From contig JAZRTY010000023.1 of NCBI GenBank assembly GCA_045652245.1, positions 38,588 to 102,587 of the forward strand: a stretch of 64,000 bases of DNA, given 5' to 3'. Below the pieces are notes generated by a model that worked only from the letters and a program-made list of their open reading frames with translations, made no database searches and was not told the origin of the DNA. A program made the position numbers and the translations under genes. Shown piece by piece: positions 56,444 to 64,000 of this stretch; position 1 is the stretch's first letter, and each line of letters opens with the position of its first letter. Source of the stretch: Eubacteriales bacterium. Lineage in GTDB: Bacteria > Bacillota > Clostridia > Oscillospirales > CAG-382.

Positions 56444-58489
56444 ATGGGAATAGTAAATGTTCTTGACAAGCATACGGCAAACCTTATTGCAGCCGGTGAA
56501 GTGGTTGAACGTCCGTCAAGCGCCATTAAGGAGCTTATGGAGAACAGCGCCGATGCCGGAAGCACAAAGATTACTGTTGAAATAAAAAACGGTGGTATAA
56601 CCTATATACGTGTCAGCGATAACGGCTGTGGAATGGCAGCTGACGATGTTCCTGTATGTATTCTTCGCCACGCAACAAGTAAAATCCGTACAAAGGACGA
56701 CTTACTTGCAATATCAACTCTCGGTTTTCGTGGTGAAGCGCTTGCTGCAATTGCATCTGTTACAAGACTTCACATTATGACGAAAAGAAAAGAGGATGCT
56801 ATCGGCACTTCTTTTTACTGTGATTTTGGTGAAAAAAAGGAAATTATCGAAAGTGGTTGTCCTGACGGTACAACAATTATAGCAGAAAATCTTTTTGAAA
56901 ATGTCCCTGCACGAAGAAAGTTTTTGCGAAAGGATGCAACAGAAACAAAGGCAGTTTGTGCCGTTGTCGAGAAATTTGCTCTTTCAAAGCCGAATATTGC
57001 AGTAACACTTATTACCGACGGAAGTATAAAAATAAAAACTCCCGGTGACGGAAATCTGAAAAGCTGTATTTATGCGTGCTTGGGACGTGAATTTTCCGAT
57101 TATATGCTTCCTGTTTCCTATTCCTATTCGGGAATCGAAGTCGAAGGCTTTATCGGGAAGCCACAAATTGCAAGACCTAACAGGAATCTGCAGAATTTCT
57201 TTATAAACGGCAGATACATAAAATCCTCAACAATGATAGCAGCACTCGAGGAAGGCTTTACAAGCTTCTGCCCTGTCGGCAAATTCCCTGCTTGTGTGCT
57301 TTTTGTAAAAATTGACTTTTCTCTTGTTGACGTAAATATTCACCCATCCAAGCTTGAGGTCAAATTCTCAAATGAAAGACCTGTTTTTGAAGCTATTATG
57401 TACGCAGTAAAAAACACACTTTCAAGGGGTGTTTCTCCGTTTGCTTCAAACCTTGCCAATGATGACGGATATTTTGAAAGTAATAAGTCTTTCAGGGGTG
57501 AGAGCAGTAATTCTTCAAGTGTTTTCGAAGATGCATTAAAGAAACGTGCAGAGGTTATCCGTAGTACAGGTACACTATCTGTTCCGAATCCTCAAAGCAT
57601 TGAGCTTATTTACGGAAAACAGGAAAATACTGCCGTTCCATCAGAGCAAAAAAAGGATAATATATTTAACGAAAAAGCACCGGGTATTCCGGTATACAAG
57701 CTGCCCGACCTATCGACTGAAGAAGATTACGAAGATGCTGAGGAGCTTTCCGAAGGCAGTAACGAGAATCTCTCTCCCGAAGAAAAAGCTGCAAAGGAGG
57801 CTTTCTGGAAGTCTCTTTATGACGAGCTGACGTCAGAGGGAGAAAACGCAGATATTCATCAAAGTACCCCCCGGGGAAACACCGAAAACGAGCTTTCAGG
57901 CGAACTTCAGGCACGTGTAAAACAAGGAATAACAGTAATCGGCGAGGCATTCAATTCCTATATAATTGTAGAACGTGACGGTGTACTTTACATAATTGAC
58001 AAGCACGCAGCACACGAGAGAATTATCTATGAGTCCCTTAAAAATGCAAAAAAAGAAAGTGGAAGTCAGCTTCTGCTTATGCCTTTGACAGTTACTCTTT
58101 CAAGCGAGGAAGCAATGGCAATTTCCGAAAATGGTGAATATCTTGAAAATATCGGATTTGTTTTCAAGGAAGCTGAAAGTGGGCAATACATAATAGACGG
58201 TATTCCGTCTGAAATTGATATTTCCGATGCATCTGAAATCTTTGTTTATCTTGCAGGGCAGATAGCATCTGCCGGAGGACGTGCTATCGGTGATATTTTT
58301 GACAGGGCTCTGTATACAGCTGCCTGCAAGGCTGCAGTAAAGGCAGGCACCTACACTTCAAAGCTATCCTCGACAATTATTGCAGATACACTCTTTTCTA
58401 ACGAGGCAGTTCTGTACTGTCCTCACGGACGACCGGTAATAATAGAATTTACAAAAGAAAAGCTTGATAAGTTATTTTCACGTACATAA
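56444..58489 (+). CDS. mutL: DNA mismatch repair protein MutL
   Basis: 681 aa; ..IAAGEVVERPSSAIKELMENSADAG.. GHKL ATPase; C-terminal dimerisation domain. Confidence 0.96.
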   Translation: MGIVNVLDKHTANLIAAGEVVERPSSAIKELMENSADAGSTKITVEIKNGGITYIRVSDNGCGMAADDVPVCILRHATSKIRTKDDLLAISTLGFRGEALAAIASVTRLHIMTKRKEDAIGTSFYCDFGEKKEIIESGCPDGTTIIAENLFENVPARRKFLRKDATETKAVCAVVEKFALSKPNIAVTLITDGSIKIKTPGDGNLKSCIYACLGREFSDYMLPVSYSYSGIEVEGFIGKPQIARPNRNLQNFFINGRYIKSSTMIAALEEGFTSFCPVGKFPACVLFVKIDFSLVDVNIHPSKLEVKFSNERPVFEAIMYAVKNTLSRGVSPFASNLANDDGYFESNKSFRGESSNSSSVFEDALKKRAEVIRSTGTLSVPNPQSIELIYGKQENTAVPSEQKKDNIFNEKAPGIPVYKLPDLSTEEDYEDAEELSEGSNENLSPEEKAAKEAFWKSLYDELTSEGENADIHQSTPRGNTENELSGELQARVKQGITVIGEAFNSYIIVERDGVLYIIDKHAAHERIIYESLKNAKKESGSQLLLMPLTVTLSSEEAMAISENGEYLENIGFVFKEAESGQYIIDGIPSEIDISDASEIFVYLAGQIASAGGRAIGDIFDRALYTAACKAAVKAGTYTSKLSSTIIADTLFSNEAVLYCPHGRPVIIEFTKEKLDKLFSRT

Positions 58490-58494
58490 AATAA

Positions 58495-59649
<1,155 letters not shown>

Positions 59650-59675
59650 AAAATTGTAAATATTTACTCGTGCTA

Positions 59676-59704
59676 TTGCAAAATCCAACAAGTTATGATA
59701 TAAT
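59676..59704 (+). promoter_or_regulatory. Sigma-A promoter (extended -10) of yajC
   Basis: TTGCAA -17 nt- TGaTATAAT. Confidence 0.6.
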
Positions 59705-59737
59705 AAATTTCAGTTAAAAAACTCGGAGGTAATTAAA

Positions 59738-60118
59738 ATGTCTTTATTTAATCAGTTCTATACTCTTGATGCTGCAGCAGATGCAGCAGCACAGCAGGCA
59801 GCAGGTGGAAGTATGTATACTTCTCTTATCCTTATCGTTGTAATGGTACTTGTTTTCTACTTTATCGGTGTTCGTCCCCAGAAGAAGCAGGAAAAGGAAA
59901 CTCAGAAAATGAGAGACAGTCTCGCCGTTGGTGATGAAATCACAACTATTGGCGGTATTGTAGGTAAGGTTGTAAATGTCAGAGAGGATATGATATTTAT
60001 CGAAACAGGCTCTGACAGAACAAAGATGAAAATTGCACGTTGGGCTATCCGTTCAATCGAAAAGAAGGTTGGCGAAGTAAAGGAAGCAAAGCCTGCGACC
60101 TTTAAAGTGAAAAAATAA
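59738..60118 (+). CDS. yajC: Preprotein translocase subunit YajC
   Basis: 126 aa; one transmembrane segment, then ..RPQKKQEKE...L..GDEITTIGGIVGKV... Confidence 0.88.
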   Translation: MSLFNQFYTLDAAADAAAQQAAGGSMYTSLILIVVMVLVFYFIGVRPQKKQEKETQKMRDSLAVGDEITTIGGIVGKVVNVREDMIFIETGSDRTKMKIARWAIRSIEKKVGEVKEAKPATFKVKK

Positions 60119-60122
60119 ATTT

Positions 60123-60160
60123 AAATGGCTGTTGCAAAATATGCAACAGCCATTTTTTTG
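60123..60160. terminator. Bidirectional terminator
   Basis: AAATGGCTGTTGCA-5 nt-TGCAACAGCCATTT followed by TTTTG. Confidence 0.85.
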
Positions 60161-60169
60161 CTTGTGTTT

Positions 60170-60577
60170 CTATCTTTTCTTTCTTTTTTTGCTCTTACTG
60201 CGTTTAGCACCTATATTTGTACCAATTATTGAAAAAACAACCGGTGTGCCGTAAAGAAATAAAATCTGCAAAACTGATGCGCTATTTTCCCGGGTAAAAA
60301 AACTTGAAATTAAAAAAAGTATTCCCGATATTATAATTCCCGTTACTATTCCTGTTAAAAGCTTGTTTTTACCGAAGCTGCGTTGTGTTGCTATTCCACA
60401 AAAAACAGATGAAAGCGCAAGTGTCAGAATGATTGATGCCGAAACAAGGGAATTTGGGTCGGGACTTTTTAAAAGCAATAGTGGAAGAAGCAAAATACAA
60501 AGCGCAAATACTATGCAAAATGTAAGTAGAGATTTTAAAATTTTTGAAAGTATCGAAGTGTTTTTTCCTTTATCCAT
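60170..60577 (-). CDS. Small integral membrane protein (four predicted helices, basic C-terminus)
   Basis: 135 aa; hydrophobic throughout; ends KRSKSKKRKKR. Confidence 0.6.
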   Translation of the reverse strand: MDKGKNTSILSKILKSLLTFCIVFALCILLLPLLLLKSPDPNSLVSASIILTLALSSVFCGIATQRSFGKNKLLTGIVTGIIISGILFLISSFFTRENSASVLQILFLYGTPVVFSIIGTNIGAKRSKSKKRKKR

Positions 60578-60704
60578 AGTGTTTTCCTTTCAACTTTTTC
60601 TTTTTTACAATAAATTCTATGTCCGGGCATTTTAAAATATTACACACTTGAAAAAAAGTAAATAATATAGTATAATAAATCTAAATAAACATCGGAGGTT
60701 AAAA

Positions 60705-61559
60705 ATGCCGGGGAAAGCCTTTCTGGAAATCACAAACGCCTGTAATCTATCCTGCTCGTTCTGTCACGGAACGAAACGGAAAATAAAATACATAACCGAG
60801 GAAGAATTCACCCTTGCTGCCACACAAATACGTCGGTATGCCGAGTATCTGTATTTTCACTTAATGGGTGAGCCTTTGCTTCATCCGAAGCTGAAGGAGT
60901 TTCTCGGTATTGCAAAGGAGCTTGGTTTTAAGGTTATACTTACGACAAACGGAACTCTGTTGAGACGTTGTCGTGATATACTCCTGTCGGAATATGCACC
61001 CTTTAAGGTGAGTATTTCGCTTCACAGCTTTGAGGCAAATAAAATAGGTATTCCTCTGTCGGAATACCTGGCTATGTGTTTTGAGTTTTGTAAAGTGGGC
61101 GCTGAAAACGGAATTATCTGTGTTATGAGACTCTGGAACAAGGGGTCTGAAAGCAGTACTCTTAACGACGAGATAATATCCGAAATGCACAAGTTTTTTG
61201 ACGAAATCAGTCCTTGCGAGTGGAAAGAGATATACAGTGGATATAAAATCTGTGATAAAATTTTTCTTGAATGGGGAGAAAAATTTGATTGGCCTGACAT
61301 TGACGGTGAATTTGTGGGGGAGAATCATTCCTGCTACGGACTTCGCGACCAATTCGGTATTCTTTCTGACGGAACGGTTGTCCCCTGCTGTCTTGATGCA
61401 GATGGAAGCATAAATCTTGGAAATATTTTCAAAACACCACTATCGGAAATTCTCTCGTCTCCTCATGCTGTAGCACTTCGGGAGTCCTTTATCGACAAAA
61501 ATATAAAAGAGGAACTGTGCAGACGTTGTGGGTATGCTAAGGGGAAAAATTATAAATAA
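60705..61559 (+). CDS. Radical SAM protein with C-terminal Cys-rich (SPASM/twitch-like) region
   Basis: 284 aa; CNLSCSFCHG (CxxxCxxC); C-terminal ..VVPCCLDADGS...CRRCGY; GGAGG RBS. Confidence 0.75.
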   Translation: MPGKAFLEITNACNLSCSFCHGTKRKIKYITEEEFTLAATQIRRYAEYLYFHLMGEPLLHPKLKEFLGIAKELGFKVILTTNGTLLRRCRDILLSEYAPFKVSISLHSFEANKIGIPLSEYLAMCFEFCKVGAENGIICVMRLWNKGSESSTLNDEIISEMHKFFDEISPCEWKEIYSGYKICDKIFLEWGEKFDWPDIDGEFVGENHSCYGLRDQFGILSDGTVVPCCLDADGSINLGNIFKTPLSEILSSPHAVALRESFIDKNIKEELCRRCGYAKGKNYK

Positions 61560-61565
61560 AACAGC

Positions 61566-61600
61566 AAGCACACGACCGCACCTTGTCGTGTGCTTTTGTT
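61566..61600 (+). terminator. Rho-independent terminator of the radical SAM gene
   Basis: AAGCACACGAC-8 nt-GTCGTGTGCTT, then TTGTT. Confidence 0.75.
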
Positions 61601-61644
61601 ATATGCAAGGGACTTTATCCCCATACTACCCCACCATTTATTAC

Positions 61645-61964
61645 GGGGGACGTTGTCCCCCTGTACCCCCGAGATACTTTTTCCCACCATAAAGCTGGAA
61701 AAAGTATCCAAAAAGAGCCCTAGTCAAGGGAAAAGGCTTTTTCCCTTGACAATCCCTTTTCCCGTAAGTTATTCTGATAAAATTTGATACTTTAATTTCT
61801 CGCCATCAACTTTGGCTCGGTCAATTTCTTCGAAATTGACACCTCGCATTATGGAAAAAAATCAAGTTATTTTTACAAAAAAACACGCCGACCTGTTTCA
61901 CAAAGTGGAATAGTCCGGCGCAATATTTAAAGTTTTTTGCCCCTCTTTTTTTCAAAAAAGAGGG
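61645..61964. repeat. Cluster of five perfect short hairpins in an ORF-poor spacer
   Basis: GGGGGAC-gtt-GTCCCCC (61645-61661); GATACTTTTTCC-12 nt-GGAAAAAGTATC (61673-61708); GTCAAGGGAAAA-4 nt-TTTTCCCTTGAC (61723-61750); GTCAATTTC-ttc-GAAATTGAC (61820-61840); CCCTCTTTTTT-..-AAAAAAGAGGG (61941-61964). Confidence 0.7.
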
Positions 61965-62000
61965 CGAGGGGTTTGGGGGCGAGAAGCCACCAAGAATATC

Positions 62001-63086
62001 TTACAATTCTAGCTTATAGTCGCCTGTTTTGATAAGTCCCATTTTTCTCATAATTTCATTGAAGAGAATCGAAAGAACAGCAGGAAGAACTATACAGGTT
62101 ACAAGAACTCCAATCCATACATTTCCGTTTGTAATTCCCATATCAGTAAAGATACCGAGAGGGCCTACAAGTCCACAGGTACCCATACCTGCAGATACAC
62201 CCGTACATTTTAGCTTAAACAGCATTGTTGAAACAGGTCCTGTTATTGCAGAGGCAAGTGTTGCAGGAATCCAGATAATCGGTTTCTTTGTAATATTACC
62301 CATCTGAAGCATTGATGTACCGAGTCCCTGCGCTACAATGCCACCCCATCTGTTTTCCCTGAAGCTTATAACTGCAAAACCTACCATCTGTGCACAGCAG
62401 CCTGCAGTTGCAGCACCACCTGCAAGTCCACTAATGCCAATCATAGCACAGATTGCCGCTGAAGAAATCGGAAGTGTGAGGATTATACCAACAACAACCG
62501 AGATTATAATTCCCATAAAGAAGGGCTGAATTTCTGTTGCAGTATTTATGAAATATCCGAGCCAATACATAGCATATGCAATAATCGGACACACAAGCTT
62601 TGATACGAGAAGTCCCGAGAAAATTGTAACTACGGGTGTTACAAGAATATCAACCTTTGTTTCCTTTGAAACCATCTTACCAAGCTCTACTGCAATAATT
62701 GTTGCAATAAACGCACCTGCAGGGCCTGCTGTAATTGATTTTTCAACTCCGTCAAGCATATATGTAAATGCAAGTCCGTTACCACAAAGTCCGACAACAC
62801 CTGCACTGAAAAGTACAAGTGGTGGAGCTTTAAGTGCCGAGGCGATAGCTATACCGAGAATTGCACCCGTTGCACCTTTAGCATAGTTTGCTGCAAGCTT
62901 TAAAAATTCTGCTACATCGAAAAGTACTGCTACATTTCCGAGATATTTCCCGAGAGTTTCAAAAATCGTTCCGATAAGAAGCGACGAAAAAAGACCGAGT
63001 GCCATATAGCTCATACAGTCAATAAAATAAAGCTTTGGTGAAATTACAATGTTTTTACGATTTAAAAATGCTTTGAATTTGCTCAT
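62001..63086 (-). CDS. Polytopic membrane protein, probably PTS EIIC-2-like transporter family
   Basis: 361 aa, Gly/Ala-rich with about ten hydrophobic segments; N-terminal ..FIDCMSYMALGLFSSLLIGTIFETLGK.. recalls the PTS_EIIC_2 family; assignment from memory only. Confidence 0.5.
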   Translation of the reverse strand: MSKFKAFLNRKNIVISPKLYFIDCMSYMALGLFSSLLIGTIFETLGKYLGNVAVLFDVAEFLKLAANYAKGATGAILGIAIASALKAPPLVLFSAGVVGLCGNGLAFTYMLDGVEKSITAGPAGAFIATIIAVELGKMVSKETKVDILVTPVVTIFSGLLVSKLVCPIIAYAMYWLGYFINTATEIQPFFMGIIISVVVGIILTLPISSAAICAMIGISGLAGGAATAGCCAQMVGFAVISFRENRWGGIVAQGLGTSMLQMGNITKKPIIWIPATLASAITGPVSTMLFKLKCTGVSAGMGTCGLVGPLGIFTDMGITNGNVWIGVLVTCIVLPAVLSILFNEIMRKMGLIKTGDYKLEL

Positions 63087-63127
63087 TTTCAGTTTCCTTT
63101 CATATTTGCTAATTGTATTTAATAAAA

Positions 63128-63739
63128 TCAGCTTCTTGCAAAAAGCTTTCTTTTTATTCTTTTAAATAGTGGTAGCTTGTAGCTGTTCCAGGGAATAATT
63201 TTTTCACCGTCAACAATGAAGGCTTGTTTTGAAATCTGTGCAAGAGGTGTATCAGACAATGCGTCGGAATAGAATTTATCTATACTGCCCTTTTCAAAGC
63301 CTGCATTTAAGAAACGTCTTACCTTTTCTTCACCGTGACAGTTTTTCCCCGTTGTTTTACCCGTTTTACTGTCGACATCCGAAGCATAAAGATACTTAAT
63401 ACCGAGTTTTTCACAACAAGGCTTTACAAGAAAATACGGGGAAGCAGATATAATCACATCATCTTCCTTCTGCATTTCAAGGTAAAAGCTTTTAATTCTT
63501 CCGATGTTCTTATCCCAGAATTCGGGCAGTAGTTTTTCTGTGTCAATTCTTGAAAAATAAGAATAAAATTTCTCCTTATACTCTGTTTTTGACATTCGTT
63601 TGAATAAAATTTTTATGCTCGGACAGAACATCTTAAAAAGTCCAATCAGAAGCGACGGTTTTTTCGCGACACAAAAGAAATAAAATCTCGCACTACTGTC
63701 ACCATCAAATATTGTCTTGTCAAAATCGTATACATTCAT
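63128..63739 (-). CDS. HAD-superfamily hydrolase (HAD-IB-like)
   Basis: 203 aa; N-terminal motif I VYDFDKTIFDGDS; ..ISASP..; C-terminal ..YSDALSDTPL... Confidence 0.75.
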   Translation of the reverse strand: MNVYDFDKTIFDGDSSARFYFFCVAKKPSLLIGLFKMFCPSIKILFKRMSKTEYKEKFYSYFSRIDTEKLLPEFWDKNIGRIKSFYLEMQKEDDVIISASPYFLVKPCCEKLGIKYLYASDVDSKTGKTTGKNCHGEEKVRRFLNAGFEKGSIDKFYSDALSDTPLAQISKQAFIVDGEKIIPWNSYKLPLFKRIKRKLFARS

Positions 63740-63766
63740 ATTTTTTCCTGAAACCTTTTACAACAA

Positions 63767-63792
63767 TACCACTTCAAAGCTTTGAAGTGGTA
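63767..63792 (-). terminator. 26-nt perfect palindrome after the DUF47-like gene
   Basis: TACCACTTCAAAG|CTTTGAAGTGGTA; only a T-rich (not pure T) tail on the minus strand. Confidence 0.5.
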
Positions 63793-63803
63793 CTATCCCA
63801 AAA

Positions 63804-64000
63804 TTAACTGTTTTTAATAATAATTGCTGCAACTGTGTCTGCTACGTGCTCGCAGGCATCTGCACACTTTTCAAGATAGTCATATATTTCTCTGTTCGCA
63901 ATTATTTCCGACAAATCTCTCTTACTCATATAGAGGTTTCTTACAGCCTTAAGATATATACTGTCACATTCCTCTTCCATATCATTAAGACTGATAATCA
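63804..64000 (-). CDS. DUF47/PhoU-like phosphate-transport-regulator family protein (partial; N-terminus beyond window end)
   Basis: Own translation of the minus strand: ...LNDMEEECDSIYLKAVRNLYMSKRDLSEIIANREIYDYLEKCADACEHVADTVAAIIIKNS stop at 63804-63806; matches the conserved DUF47 C-terminus from memory. Confidence 0.6.
   Translation of the reverse strand, partial: IISLNDMEEECDSIYLKAVRNLYMSKRDLSEIIANREIYDYLEKCADACEHVADTVAAIIIKNS

Noticed and set aside
61590-61787. 65-aa ORF in the hairpin-rich spacer
   Set aside because: - Its GTG start lies inside the upstream terminator stem.
- It has no RBS.
- The Pro/Leu-rich translation simply reflects the C-runs of the hairpins.

Overview
This 64-kb window looks like the chromosome of a low-GC, spore-forming Firmicute (Clostridia-like gene content and order; the taxon cannot be confirmed without a database search). 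Most of it is housekeeping.

**Main content, in order**
- groES-groEL with a perfect CIRCE operator.
- A long plus-strand block: yicC-remA-gmk-rpoZ-priA-def-fmt-rsmB-rlmN-stp-prkC-rsgA-thiN.
- A minus-strand block: ftsY-rdgB-yhbY-nadD/yqeK-LCP-rsfS-leuS, followed by rpsU.
- A penicillin-binding protein (PBP) and a ytvI-like gene.
- A glycine riboswitch upstream of a sodium:alanine symporter, then hom, pfkA and a DeoR regulator.
- hslO-miaB-ylbF-mutS-mutL-tgt-yajC.
- A few poorly characterised genes at the right end.

**Stand-out locus (42.5-46.1 kb)**
- A LysM-LysM-GH18 gene of the YaaH/SleL spore-cortex hydrolase type is split in-frame by a 2,346-bp cassette.
- The cassette is bounded by a perfect 10-bp direct repeat, GCTATACATA.
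- It carries a 495-aa large serine recombinase, two tandem paralogous XRE-type HTH genes and one small convergent ORF.
- Deleting one repeat copy plus the cassette restores a colinear 424-aa ORF reading ...TYEWGYT|YGPPLPVSP...
- This architecture matches sporulation intervening elements such as skin in sigK and SPbeta in spsM. Here it is very compact and sits in a target gene I do not recognise as a described target.
- A divergent XRE regulator lies upstream, with twin 20-bp palindromic operators and a near-consensus sigma-A promoter.

**Secondary observations**
- An E2-like acyltransferase with ExxxDG in place of HxxxDG, paired with an acyl-CoA synthetase.
- A NadD-YqeK fusion.
- A singlet glycine riboswitch with an upstream helper hairpin.
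- An A15 tract.
- A cluster of perfect GC-rich hairpins at 61.6-62.0 kb.
- A palindromic tandem repeat.
- rpsU, which is absent from the ORF track.

**Limits**
All functional calls come from reading the supplied translations and the sequence by eye. No similarity search, HMM or folding computation was run.
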